Of a stretch of 64,000 nucleotides of DNA, positions 29,401 through 41,209 are shown piece after piece. The first letter of the stretch is position 1, and each line of letters opens with the position of its first letter. The stretch covers positions 32,001 through 96,000 of the IMG/VR virus record IMGVR_UViG_3300032030_002802; one strand, 5' to 3'. The notes below the pieces were generated by a model. It was given only the letters and a program-made list of their open reading frames with translations. It ran no database searches and had not been told where the DNA came from. Position numbers and translations under genes: made by a program. This stretch comes from a virus (lineage: Duplodnaviria > Caudoviricetes).

Positions 29401-31298
29401 TTCTGCACACGGCCCGTATGGACCGTGTGCAGGCTCCGGCGAAGCGCATGCCCCACATGAACTCCCATATCTCCGGCCTGCCCAGCTTCGCGATGTCGGC
29501 GTCGCGCACGTCCCTCGACGTTCGCTTATCTAGGCCCAGCCTGATCATTCCGCCTCCCCGTCGTACGGCAGCTGGCCCCACTGGAACTTGCACTCGCTGG
29601 AGCTCAGCCGGCACGTGCAGCAGACGTGCGCGGCGCAGAACGCGTCGAACCGCCTTTTCTGCTCCGAGGCCGTGCCGACGTCGCAGTTCCGGCGCGGCGC
29701 GGCGAGTGCGCGGACGACCATCCCCCTCAGCTCGTCCACGCCTTCGCAGGCCGTGCACTTGTCGCCGGGGCACAGCGTCGGATGCCCGTGCCTCGACACG
29801 TTGCCGAGGAACAGCTCGCACTGCACAAGTGCCTCGCGCGGCGTTATCGCCCCGTCGGGGGCCGTCTGGCCGTCGCCCCGCGCACTGCACGCCTGGCGGC
29901 GCTCGGCGCGACACAGGGAGAGGCGGGCCTCCACTCGTATGTCGCAGTCGGCGCCTTTGTCGCGCACGGTGATGGTGACCGGCGCATCGCACTCGACGCC
30001 AGCCCGCTCGGCGAACCCGCGGACCCACCCGGCCGTCCTGCCGAGGTCGCCGACGTCAACGACGAAGCGGCGCGTGACCGTCAGCACGGCCTTGTCCCCG
30101 TCCATACGCAGGGTGTCGTCCTGGTCCCAGAGCGGCCGGCCCTTATCGTCGCACGCGATCTCGTCTCCGCCGGAGTCGTACAGGTCCGGGTGCGGGGTGT
30201 CGCGCACGTAGGCCGCGAACAGGTACCTGAGCTGCTGTATCATCGCGGCTCCTCTGGCAGCAGCTCGCCCGCGAAGCACATCTTGTACTTCGAGTAGCGG
30301 CGTTCCCTGAACCCGCTCGAGCACGACTTGTCGCCGTTTCCGCCCCTGACGCAGTACGCGCACGGCACTGGCTGCGAGCGCCTGCTCGGCCTGAGGCTCT
30401 CCTCGGCCTTGATCCGCTCCTTCACTTCTGCGTATTTCATGCTGTCTCCTCTCTAGTTCATTATTCTGGTCATGATCGCGGCGCCGGCCTGTATCGCCTT
30501 CAGCAGGAATATCCCGACCGATATGACGCACAGCGCCGCCGCCATGCACGCTAGCGCGTTCTTCGCCGCCCGGCCGATTCTGCGGAGGGCGGCGGTCATG
30601 TGCGCTCCCCCTCGCCGCATACCTCGCGGACGCACCACTTGCACTCCTCGACGAGCGCGAGCAGCGAGTGGTGCTGGCCCGGGTCGGAGTCGAGCTTCAG
30701 CAGCCGCTGCACGAGCCCGGCGACGTCCCGGCACCTGTGCGCGAGCTCGCGGCGGACGAGCACGCCGGCGGCCTTCGGGTCGCCGTTCACGGGGTCGTCG
30801 ATCTCGGCGCCGGCGACGACGTGGTACGCGGCCGCGGTCTCCCAGTGCTGGAACCCGGCATCCAGGAGGAGCCCGATCCCCATGGTCGGGCCGAACGTCT
30901 TCAGGATCGTGGTGGCGAAGAAGAAGCCGTTGGTCCTGTCCTTGCTGCCCCGGAGTTCGTACGGGATGTCGTGGGTGCAGAGGAACAGCCGCACTGCGTC
31001 GGCCTTGTTCTTCGCGTCCATGCACGCGGCCAGCAGCCCCTCGCGGAACCTCTTGACCTCGTCTCTCTCCTCGGTCTTCTTGGTCTTCTCGGTCTTTTCG
31101 CTCATAGTCCGGTCTCCCTCTTGCGTACGGTCTCGGAGATCTTGTCCTGGTGCGCCCGGAACACGGCCAGCGCGTCGTCGAAGACGGCGCACGAGGCGGA
31201 CTTGGCCCCGCGCTCGTACACGCCGTAGCCCCCGTCGTCGTGCCGCATCAGGTCGAGCGTCCGCTCCCCCGCGCGGAAGAACATCACCTGCACCGCCA

Positions 31299-31649
31299 TC
31301 AGTCGGCCTCCGGAAGCAGCCTGTCGCAGTACCCCATGTCGCCTCCGTGCTCGTCGATCGACAGCACGACGTCCTCCGGCCTGTGCGCGGTAACCATGAC
31401 CGTGGCGTTGACGCCGAGGTTGCCCTCGACGTCCCCGATGCAGATGCGCGTGTCCAGCCCCTTCGAGAACTCCGTGGTGCTCACGAGCTCGACGAGCTGC
31501 CTCACCGTCATCTCGCCCATGTGCTCCGTGTTCTCGATGAACGGGTTGCACGTCTTGGCCGGTCTCGCCGTCGGTTTCGCGGGTTTCGCCTGTTTCGCGG
31601 GTTTTGCCTGTTTCGCCGCCGGCTTAGCCTTGCTTTTCTTCTGTGCCAC
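31299..31649 (-). CDS. Hypothetical protein with histone-like AKPAKQ N-terminal repeats
   Basis: GTG start after AGGAGG; KAKPAAKQAKPAKQAKPAKP. Confidence 0.6.
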   Translation of the reverse strand: MAQKKSKAKPAAKQAKPAKQAKPAKPTARPAKTCNPFIENTEHMGEMTVRQLVELVSTTEFSKGLDTRICIGDVEGNLGVNATVMVTAHRPEDVVLSIDEHGGDMGYCDRLLPEAD

Positions 31650-32614
31650 GTCTGTCCTCCTTCTTGACCTTCCAATTGTCCTTCTCGGTATACGCAGTCG
31701 CCACCAGTCTCTCGTTGTCGGTGCCGAGCGCCCTGTGCGCCGCCTGGATCGCGTTGAACAGGCGGTAGAACACCTTGGCCCTGCCCCTGTCCTCGACCCA
31801 TGTCGGCTTGCCGTCCGCGTCGTCACCCGCGTAGAAGCTGCACGGCGTCGCCGCGGGCGTGTGCACGATGAACTCAGGGATCGTGTACTCGTACGCGTCC
31901 AGCCCGCGGTCCTTGTCCGCGACCAGGCACACGTCTGGCATGTAGTAGACCGGGATGTCGGGGTCGCGCGTGAACTCGATGTCGTCGGCGTGCTCCGTGA
32001 GGTACCCGCCGCACTCCTCGTCAGTTCCGGGATCCGTCTCCCAGTCGCAGCCTTCCTCGGTGCCGCCGTCGTCGTACGTCTTCGTCCAGTGCCTGCCGTG
32101 GCGCTCCGACCACCCGTAGCAGCTTCCCTGCTCGATGAGGTTCATCTCGTCGACCTCCTGCTGTGCCAGCGGAAGCAGGGTGAGCAGCCTGAACTCGCCC
32201 TCGTCGGCCGCGGGCCGCCACGGGGCGCCCCAGTCGTCCGGGTCCGTCGGCACGTGCATCCAGCGCTCGTCCCCGTGGAACGAGCAGAACCGCCTCTTGT
32301 CCACGTACAGGTAGGCGGCGCCGTACGTCGTGTCGTACGTGCCGGGCCTGGGCTTCTCGTTCAGCTCGCGGGCGAGCGAGAACACAAGCCCGCTGTGGTC
32401 GTAGAGGTTGACCGCGAACACGAACAGCCCTTTCCTCGGCACCAGGTGCCCGTTCGTGTCGCGCTCCAGCAGGAACGGCCTCTTGGCCCCCGGGTCGCTG
32501 AAGTCGTAGCGCGCGTGGTTGCCGAAGCGGACGAACACGTGGTCGCCCTGGTTCAGCCGGCCTCCGACGTACCTGTCGCGCCACACCACGACGCACGTGT
32601 CCGACCCGCAGCCG

Positions 32615-33319
32615 TCACGCTCTCTTATCGGACGCATTTTCCTGATCAGCATGTGTCTCTCCTTGTATTGTCTCGACTGTCGCCCGCGTCCCGGCGCACG
32701 CCTCACGTATCCGCCTCTCGGCCGAGTCGAAGAACACCGGCTCGGTCTCGCACCCGACGTAGTCCGCCTCGACGTCGAGGCAGGCCAGCGCGCACGACCC
32801 GCTGCCCATGAACGGGTCGAGCACCGGCAGGTCGAAGACGGGGCCGACGTACTCGCGCAGCAGCCAGCGGTACAGGGCCACCGGCTTCTGGTGCGGGTGG
32901 ATCTTCTTGTGGCCGGTCTCCTCGCCCATGCGGTAGCCGTCCCACCCCAGGCTCACGAGGTTGCACGGCACGCGGTACGAGGTTCCGGCTATCTCGCACT
33001 TGGAGTACCTGATCACCTGGTTCTGGTTCGACATCTTGTCCCACACGACGAGGTAGTTCGTCGGCGGCAGTACGTCGGTGAAGTAGTTCCAGCCCCAGAC
33101 CACCCAGTCGCGCGACACCCGCATCATCTCGGAGAAGAACTCCGCCGGCGGCCGCCTGTTCATGTACGCGCACCCCCGGTACTTCATCCTGTGCCGCCAG
33201 TCCCGCTTCTCCCAGTCGCGGCCGATGCCGTACGGCGGGTCCGCGATCGTGACGACGGACCTGTCGGGGAGCCGCCTCATGTAGTCGAGGCAGTCCCCGC
33301 GATATAACGTCAGCTTCAT
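32615..33319 (-). CDS. N4/N6 DNA methyltransferase (beta class)
   Basis: GDCLDYM, DPPYG, HPHQKPVALY and VLDPFMGSGS. Confidence 0.9.
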   Translation of the reverse strand: MKLTLYRGDCLDYMRRLPDRSVVTIADPPYGIGRDWEKRDWRHRMKYRGCAYMNRRPPAEFFSEMMRVSRDWVVWGWNYFTDVLPPTNYLVVWDKMSNQNQVIRYSKCEIAGTSYRVPCNLVSLGWDGYRMGEETGHKKIHPHQKPVALYRWLLREYVGPVFDLPVLDPFMGSGSCALACLDVEADYVGCETEPVFFDSAERRIREACAGTRATVETIQGETHADQENASDKRA

Positions 33320-35495
33320 CCTAGTACCAGTCGATCATGATGTAGTCGTACTTGTGCTCCAGCGCGGCGTTCAGCCCCTGCTCTAGCACGTCCGCCGCCG
33401 CCTCGCCGTGCGGGGAGCCGTCGTCGGTGGCGACGCGTCCTGGGTTCTTCCGCAGGTCTGCGATGAGCTTACGGATCTTGTCGTAGTTGTGCGGCTGGTT
33501 CCCGTCCTTGTCCGGCTTCTTCCGCCCGTCGTACGGTATCTCGATCTCCCAGTGGTCCGCGTCCTCGGTGTTGACGAACTCGTCACCGCTGGACGAGACT
33601 TCAAGCCCGTGCCTGGTCAGGTAGTCGTAGAAGGCGTCCTGCACCCAGTCGGATATGCAGGTGCCGTATTCCGGCTGCCTTGTCATCACGTGTCCTCTTC
33701 TTCCCATTTGGCTCTCCCTGTTTTAGCTGTCACGAGAGCACCACGTCGTAGTGCTCGCGCATGTCCTCGCGCGACTCGTATACGGACAGCCTGCCACCGT
33801 CAAGCACGACGTACCCGCCCACGCGCACGCCTCCGAGGCCGGGTATGTTCAGCATCCCGCTCCGTGGGCATGTCGACCACTCCTCGCACGGGACATTCGC
33901 CAGCTCCAGTATGCGCGCCACCTCGGCTAGGTTGTCGAACGTCCAGATGGCCGGCGCGAGGTGGCGCCCCCGGATCTCGCATGCGAGGCACACCGCGTCC
34001 TTCCGGCACAGGCGGAGCAGCCCGTCACCCCGCATACTCCGCCTCCCGCACCGCGACGGTGACCCTGTCGACCGGCGTGACCCCGTCCTCCTGCATCCTG
34101 ATGGCAAGCTCGAACATCCCGTGACGCCGGATCCGCCGCAGCACGCCGAGGCGGTCCAGCCTGCGCCTGACGCGCCTGCCGCCTGGCCCGGCGACCGTCC
34201 TCGTCAGGTCTAGCACCGGTACGTCCAGGAACTTCGCACGCTCGAAGACGACGTCGGCGAGGTACTCCTCGCACTCGCGCCTTACCGGGAAGGCGCGGTA
34301 GCACCCGAAGTCCTCGTCGTAGTTGTCAAGCCACGCGGCGACGTACACCTTTTCCGGGGGCGGGTACCCTGGCGATGTCGTCGAGGCACATCCGGACGTC
34401 GTGCGTCCCGATCTCCTGCGCTTCGCCCCTGACGTAGGCTTCCCTGCCCCTTGCGATGATTTCGTCATACTTCAGCTCCTTGTCCGACTCAACCGTGACC
34501 CGGGACTCGACCGTCTCCGTCACGTGCACGGTGTACCTGTACTTCCGCCTGCTATTCCCGCGTCTTGCCATCGCCGCCCCCCTTCCTGCCCACCGCGGCC
34601 CAGACTGGGCCGTCGATGAGCCTGAGCACCGCCTCCAGCCGGTCGCGGTCGAGGACGGCCACCAGCGACTTCTCGTCGAGCGTCGAGTAGTGCAGCCCTC
34701 CCCGGAGCTCGCACTTGTGCAGGCACAGGCACGGCATCCCGTCGACCTCGTTGACCGACAGCGAGTATCTCCCGTCGTACGTCGCCCCGGCGGTCGTCAC
34801 GGTGCTGCTCGTGATCCTGCACCGGCGCTCCCCGTCAGCCACGGCGTCCCGCTTTCCCGTCGATGCGCGCCCAGTGCGTGCATTCCTTGGCGCACTTCGG
34901 GCAGTGCAGCAGGTTCTCGTACACGTCGAACCGGCACCCCTCCCTCTCGTACTTGTGTATCTCCTGTCCGCACCGGTCGCAGTAGTACGCGTCCTTACCG
35001 TGGAAGCGCGCCTCGCGAGAGTGGCACTTGCCGTCCCACTCCTCGAGGATGTGGCTCACGACGGCCCACACCTCGTCGAGGTTGAGGATAGCCGGACCGA
35101 CCTTCATGCGCGTGATGTCGAGCCACTCGCGGTCTAGGTAGATCCAGTAGCCGTCAGCCGACCCGCTTCCGAGGATCGTCTCCGGGTTGCAGCACATGTC
35201 GTTGTAGATGTACCCGACCGTGCACTTCGCGAAGTTCGTGCGCACCTTCTCGTGCCAGTCGGCCACCGGGATCTTCGCGACGAGGTCGTTCGGGCCGTAG
35301 AACCCCCTGGAGTACAGGATGTCGCAGTACCCGAAGTACGTCCCGAACAGATTCAGGTAGGCGTCGTCCTTGCAGAGCCACCCGACGAGCGCCTTCTGCT
35401 CCGCCTTCTCCTGCTTGGAGTAGACGCGCTTTCCGCCACGCCACTGCGGGACAGACACGCCGAACTTCTCCTTGACCTGCGCGGCCAGCTCCCTC

Positions 35496-35774
35496 TCACT
35501 CGCCATCGGACTGCCCTCCTCCCGTCAGGTGGCCCTGCACTGCGTCCACGAGCTTGCCGAACGTGTCGATTGACTCGGCCTCGTCCAGCTCGACCGAGAT
35601 GCCGTACTGCTCCTCCATCGCCATGACCAGCTCCACGCGGTCAAGCTCGTCCGCGCCGAGGTCCACCGTGAGCGACGCCTCGTCCGTCACCTGGTCCCGG
35701 CTCACGCCGAGCTGCTCGCATACTATCGCGCGCATCTCGTGCGCGAGTTCCTCTCTTGTCTTCTGCTTTGCCAT
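35496..35774 (-). CDS. Acyl carrier protein homolog with Ser-to-Glu at the phosphopantetheine site
   Basis: IVCEQLGV...VTDEASLTVDLGADELDRVELVMAMEEQYGISV; canonical AcpP has DLGADSLD. Confidence 0.85.
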   Translation of the reverse strand: MAKQKTREELAHEMRAIVCEQLGVSRDQVTDEASLTVDLGADELDRVELVMAMEEQYGISVELDEAESIDTFGKLVDAVQGHLTGGGQSDGE

Positions 35775-36679
35775 TTCTTTTCCTTCTCTGCTGTTGTTGT
35801 CATGTTGTTGCCATAGCCTGCCGTCATTCCGGCCTCCCCCTTACAGGGTTGCTCCATTCGGACTCCCGCACGTGCATCCCGCGGAGCACCTTGCGGCCGA
35901 AGTCCACCACGCTCATGCGCGCGGCCCATGTCGGCGCTTCGCCGCCAGCCCATCTGGCCGCCCAGACGTCTCCGTCGAGCGGGCACCACCTGCCGCGGTG
36001 CTTGAGCAGCACGTCGAACCCGTCGGGGTCGTCGTCCAGTATGAACCTGCCGATGTCGCGCGGCAGGGAGACCGGCACCAGGTCGGGGTGCCTCTGCCCG
36101 AGCTTGCGGTACGGGGCCACGAAGTACAGTCTCTCAGAGCTTGCCGGCATTGCGCGCCTCCGCCCATTCCTCGTCGCGTATCGGGTCGCGGCCCCGCAGC
36201 TCGTTGTCCAGGTATTGCGCGAACGTGAGCAGCGCGCGCTCCTCGTTTACCGCCATCACCGGCATTTCGGCGAAGTGCGCGTAGGCGTCGCGGCCGTCTT
36301 TGTCCCGCACGACCAGCGCCGGCATGAACGTGTGCAGCCCGTCCGCGTCAGGCGGGCACGACCGCAGGTGCTCCATCTGCACCAGCAGGGCCGGCAGTTC
36401 GTCCGGGTCGTTCCGGCGTTTCGGGGCCTTCGGCCATGCCGGCTGTTGGATCTTCCTCTTTGCCATTTGCGTTCTCCGTTTGTTGCATCGTCTCTGGGGG
36501 GACCATGAGCGTCTTGCCCCTGGTCTGCTCGGCGAACAGGTACTGCAGCATCGCGTCGGCCTCGGCCGCGTTCTTCGCGCGGAACAGCAGGTCCAGCGGC
36601 TTCCTGTTCATGTGCGCCCGGTACAGCCCCCGCCCGTTGACGACGGGGGCCTTCTCCGGCCTGAACACTATCTCGGTCA

Positions 36680-37888
36680 TCAGTCTGCCCAGAATCGGGT
36701 TGCGGAGCTGCTGCGCGTGTACGAGAGGAACTCCTGCTCCGTAACGCGGCGCTCGAGGTCCTGCACGATCCGGCGCATGTCGCCGGAGTTCTGCGCGCTC
36801 TCTTGCGCGAGGTCGACTCCGACGTACGTCGAGACCTGCGTGCCGGCGCCGTCCACCAGGCTCCCGCGGGTCACGCCGAGCTCCTTCTCGAGCTTCTCGA
36901 GCGTGAGGTCGTCGGTATCGGTCTTCCAGTCGCAGATGTAGTACAGCTTGCGGCTGTTCTTGATCAGGCCGAACAGGATCGGGTCGCGGCGCTTCTCTCG
37001 CTCTTTCTTCTCGGCCTCCGCGCTGACGGTCTCGGCGACGGCGGCGGCCTTCTGGATCATGTCGCTGTAGTGCGCGACGACGTAGTTGTCGAACACCATG
37101 AGCTTGTCGGCCGCCAGCTTCTTCTCGACGACCTCCTGCGGGATCTCGTCCTCGTAGTACCGGAGGAAGTCTACGACCGTCCCGCGCTCGGACTTGCGCA
37201 GGAAGTCTACCATCGTCTCCTCGGTGACGTACTCCGTGAACCCGGCCGCGCACACCGCCGCCTCCTCGACGAGGATGGTGCGGAGGGCCTTGACCGAGTC
37301 GGCCCGCTTGTACTGGCCGGCCGCGCGCATCCCCTCCTCGATCGACAGGATGTGGGCGAGGCGGACCTCCAGCTCGGGAGTGGACGTCAGCTCGATGTGC
37401 TGGAGCAGGTCGCCCATCGCCACGTGCACCGGCAGGATCTTCCGCTTCCTGCGGCTCAGCGCGTTCTTGAGCCTGTCCATCCACGTGAGTTCGCGGACGT
37501 ATTTGGCCTGCTTCAGCACGGCCTCGTTCACCTCGCGCTCGTGCTTCCCGCGGATGTCCCAGCGGTCGTCCTTGACCGCCTTGTCCATCGCCATGAGGGC
37601 CTTGGCCCTGGTGAACTCCTCCTCGTGCTCGGCGTCGGTCCTGTCCGGCATCTCGCGCCTGATGCGCTCCCGCAGCTCGTCGTCGGAGTAGTCGTTCCTG
37701 GAGATGTGCAGGTCGTTCTTGACGGCCTCCCACTCCTCCTTGAAGCGCTTCCACTTGGGGAGCTCGGTCTCGATGTTGAAGTCCTCGAGGACCCGCAGGC
37801 GGATCTTCCCGCCCACCTCTATCAGCGAGGGGTGGTCCTTGTCGGTCACCACCGTCTTCGCTTTCTTCTCCTTGGCCTGTTTCGCCAT
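36680..37888 (-). CDS. Hypothetical protein, paralog of 53446-54678
   Basis: FDNYVVAHY...RRDPILFGLIKNSRKLYYICDW...DDLTLE. Confidence 0.75.
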   Translation of the reverse strand: MAKQAKEKKAKTVVTDKDHPSLIEVGGKIRLRVLEDFNIETELPKWKRFKEEWEAVKNDLHISRNDYSDDELRERIRREMPDRTDAEHEEEFTRAKALMAMDKAVKDDRWDIRGKHEREVNEAVLKQAKYVRELTWMDRLKNALSRRKRKILPVHVAMGDLLQHIELTSTPELEVRLAHILSIEEGMRAAGQYKRADSVKALRTILVEEAAVCAAGFTEYVTEETMVDFLRKSERGTVVDFLRYYEDEIPQEVVEKKLAADKLMVFDNYVVAHYSDMIQKAAAVAETVSAEAEKKEREKRRDPILFGLIKNSRKLYYICDWKTDTDDLTLEKLEKELGVTRGSLVDGAGTQVSTYVGVDLAQESAQNSGDMRRIVQDLERRVTEQEFLSYTRSSSATRFWAD

Positions 37889-38501
37889 TTCAGTCTCCTT
37901 GTCTCATTGCACTGCCTGTCCCGCGTCCGGCGTCAGGCGTCAGGCGTCAGGCGCTACCATCGCGTCACCCGCACCTCGGAGTAGTTTCGGAAGCGCAGCC
38001 TGACGATGGCCTTCGCGCACTCCACCGCGTTCCGCTCGCTGTCCCAGCGGTGCGTCATGGAGCCGACGCGGTAGCCCTCCCAGTCGGTCCGAGTGTCTAG
38101 CAGGTCGGCCGGCGTCACGCGGCGCCTGACGTCCATGCGGACGAGGCCGAACAGCGCGCCCGTGTCCGGTCCGCCCATCGTGACGGCCCCGTCCTCCAGG
38201 CGCAGCGACAGGCCGGTGAACCGTATCTCGCAGTACCAGTGGCGGGCGCCGACCGACACGCCCCTGAACGAGCTGGTCGATATCCTGACGGCGCGCGAGC
38301 CCGTGACCACCTCGTACCCGCCCGGGTGCCGCAGCCCGGCGAGCTCGTCGAAGTCGATGATCCGCGGCAGGTGGTCCATGCCGCACGTCACCAGCTCGGC
38401 CGGGTCGTGGAGGTCCGGGTTGTACCCGCTCATGCGGCACGCCTCGTCCAGGTCGATAGACCTCGGGTCGACCGTCCCGTCCTTGCGGAGCCTGTACTCG
38501 C

Positions 38502-40031
38502 TCATGCGGTCCCCCCTCCGGCCTTCCCCGTCAGCAGCCCGAGCGTGGACAGGCACAGCGCCTTGGCCGTCATGGCCGGCACGCTGTTCCCGACCTGCTT
38601 GGTCTGCTCGGTCTTGGTCCCGCACAGCACGAACCCGTCCGGCAGTGAGTGCGCGCGGGCCAGCTCCTTCGGCTTCAGCATCCGCATGTAGATGTCGATG
38701 CGCCGCCCGTCCTCCAGGACGGGCAGGGCCATCATGTGCTGGTCCTTCAGCGTCACCGTGTTCAGCGGCTGCCCCGCCCCGCGTATGATCCCGCCGTTCG
38801 CGTTGTCCACCACGATCGGCCGGAACATACGCATGCACGTCCTCACGCACGCCGTCGGTATCGGCCTGCTCGCGGGCCGGCACGTCGACCCGCCGTGCTG
38901 CCCGAGGACGAGCGTCGCGAGCGAGAAGTGGTCGTGCGTCGACACGGTCCTCATCGGCCTGTCCGGCGCGTACGCCTTCCCGTGGTTCTGGTGGTCGCAC
39001 ACGAGCGAGCAGACGGCGTGGTGCCCCCCGCCTGCGGATATCGTGGTGAGCGGGTCGTCCGCCGGCGCCACGGTGGCGTTGTGCCGCAGCTTCGCGATGA
39101 ACGGCCTGGCCTGCACCAGCGCGTGGTGGTTGCCGCCCGCCGTCACGGTCGTGAGCGGGTCGTCAACGTCCTCGGTCGTCGCGCCGCGGTTGAGCTTGAC
39201 GATGAACGGCTTGAGCGGCCGCTCCTTCCCGCACGCCCTCACGAGCATGTCGGTCGTGATGTCCAGCCCCCAGTACTTCCGGGCCCCTGCGGCGAGCCGC
39301 GCGAGCGTCTTCTCCTTGAGCGGGCGGTCGCGGCCGAAGATCGACTTGCCGAGGTCCGACAGGTCGAGGCACTCTCCGGCGCCTCGCCACTGCTTCCTGC
39401 CCGGCACGTGGTCGCCGTACGTCGGCTCCGGGAAACGCGGCGGCGGGAGGCCCACCTTCGTCGCGATGAGGAAGAACCTCCTCCGCGTGGTCGGGTCCCC
39501 GTAGTCCGCGCAGTTGAGGATGCGCCACTCGACCTGGTAGCCGAGCGACTCGATCATCTTCACCCACGCGCGGAACGCCTCTCCCTTGCGCTCCTTTATC
39601 GGCTTGCCCTCCTCGTCCAGCGGGCCCCACTCCGTGAACTCCGGGACGTTCTCGACGACAAGCGTCAGCACGTTGCAGTCGGAGAGCCACGTGGTCACGT
39701 AGGCGGGCTGCGAGCGGAGCTGGTCGTTCCTCGGTCGCCCGCCCGCCGCCCGGCTGTGGTGCGTGCAGCTCGGGCTCGCCCACAGCATGTGCACGGTGCC
39801 GTGCACGAGCTGGCCCGGCACGGCCTCCTCTATCTTGCAGTCGAGGGTGGTCACGTCCGGGAAGTTCGTCCGCATGGTCTTCACCGCGATCGCCCAGTGG
39901 TTGATCGCGAGGCCCGTGTATGTCAGGCGCAGCTCCTTCACCGCGTCGTGCATCCCGCTCATGTTCCCGCCGCACCCGCAGAACAGGTCGACGAAGTTGA
40001 CCTCGTCCCCCGGCAACAGCAGCGGCATCAT
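38502..40031 (-). CDS. C5 cytosine DNA methyltransferase
   Basis: DLFCGCGG, ASPSC, VENVPEF, DYGDPTTRRRFF and QVGNSV. Confidence 0.92.
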   Translation of the reverse strand: MMPLLLPGDEVNFVDLFCGCGGNMSGMHDAVKELRLTYTGLAINHWAIAVKTMRTNFPDVTTLDCKIEEAVPGQLVHGTVHMLWASPSCTHHSRAAGGRPRNDQLRSQPAYVTTWLSDCNVLTLVVENVPEFTEWGPLDEEGKPIKERKGEAFRAWVKMIESLGYQVEWRILNCADYGDPTTRRRFFLIATKVGLPPPRFPEPTYGDHVPGRKQWRGAGECLDLSDLGKSIFGRDRPLKEKTLARLAAGARKYWGLDITTDMLVRACGKERPLKPFIVKLNRGATTEDVDDPLTTVTAGGNHHALVQARPFIAKLRHNATVAPADDPLTTISAGGGHHAVCSLVCDHQNHGKAYAPDRPMRTVSTHDHFSLATLVLGQHGGSTCRPASRPIPTACVRTCMRMFRPIVVDNANGGIIRGAGQPLNTVTLKDQHMMALPVLEDGRRIDIYMRMLKPKELARAHSLPDGFVLCGTKTEQTKQVGNSVPAMTAKALCLSTLGLLTGKAGGGTA

Positions 40032-40567
40032 CGTCCGTCCCCCTGGCCGGCGTCCGGGTCGGCGTCCGGGTCCGGCGGCTCGGAGTATGCGCACGTGTCG
40101 CAGAACACCCTGTCGGGGTACTGGACGTCGACGCACAGGCGGCCGCCGCAGACCGGGCACGGCCGCGTCAGGTAGTCGGTCATTTCGCACCGTCTCCCAG
40201 CAGGCGCTTTGCCGTCTCGCCCAGTCGTCCGGCCTTGGCCTCGGCCAGTATCCATTCGCCCCTCGCCTCGTCGACGAATTTCTGCAGCCCGGCCCACGTC
40301 CTGACCAGCCGCGCGCCGCGGTCGCGTCCAGTGATGGCCGGGACCACAACGAACATGAGCGAATGCTCGGCGTGGCGGAACGGCGGCGTGCGCATGGTCT
40401 TCACCCACGGCGGGCTGAAGTCGCCGACACGGCGGAACGACGGCCTGCCACGCTCGTCGGCCGACCCGACGCACCAGCGCGCCGCATCGCCGTGCACGTA
40501 GCACGCCTCGACCTTCCAGCCGTACCGCTGCAGCTCCTCCAGCAGCAGCCTGTGGCGCTTGTGGCGG

Positions 40568-41209
40568 CTATTGCGCTTCATCGCCACCTCCTTTCACCAG
40601 CCCCCTCGCGACCCACTCGCGACCCTTCTCCGTCAGCCGGCAGACCTTGATGACCATGAACCCGGACTGTATCAGGCGCACCGGCTGCGGGTCGATTATC
40701 CCGGCCTCGGCCAGCGTCCTTAGGCTCCCCTCGCTCTCGGCGTAGTCCTTGACGGCGATCGTGGAGTCCGGCAGCCGCCGGCCGGGGTCGGCCGTCAGGT
40801 ACGCCCAGAGCCTGCCATTCTCCAGAGGCCTGGCGGACGCTGATACTGACGCCCCGGTGCATATCGCCTGGATCGCGACGTTGTTGCCCTCCGCGTACCG
40901 TCTCACGGCGAGGCGGCAGTTGGAGCAGAGAACATGGCCGTACGGGTCAAGGACGTCCACCAGTTCCGGTATCCCATCGTCAGGCTTCGCCGGCACGCCG
41001 CCGCACTCGAGCCCGTACTTGTCCGCGTAGTCCTGGAGCAGCTCGCGGATCCGCGACACCGCCGCCTGGCTCTGCACTGGGTCCGGCGTCCCGTGTAGCT
41101 GTTCCGCGTCGTCGACCGCGTCGATGATGCCGATCACCCGCTTCAGCATGTCGAGGCATTCCGACACGGCCGCCGAGTGCCCGCAGTCGGTGCATTTCCT
41201 GTCTGCCAT
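40568..41209 (-). CDS. Hypothetical protein with DUF4313-like C-terminus
   Basis: IAVKDYAESEG....LAEAGII.......SGF. Confidence 0.5.
   Translation of the reverse strand: MADRKCTDCGHSAAVSECLDMLKRVIGIIDAVDDAEQLHGTPDPVQSQAAVSRIRELLQDYADKYGLECGGVPAKPDDGIPELVDVLDPYGHVLCSNCRLAVRRYAEGNNVAIQAICTGASVSASARPLENGRLWAYLTADPGRRLPDSTIAVKDYAESEGSLRTLAEAGIIDPQPVRLIQSGFMVIKVCRLTEKGREWVARGLVKGGGDEAQ

Noticed and set aside
37929-37953. (GGCGTCA)x3 short tandem repeat
   Set aside because: Probably replication slippage at a gene boundary; no other copies or function evident.
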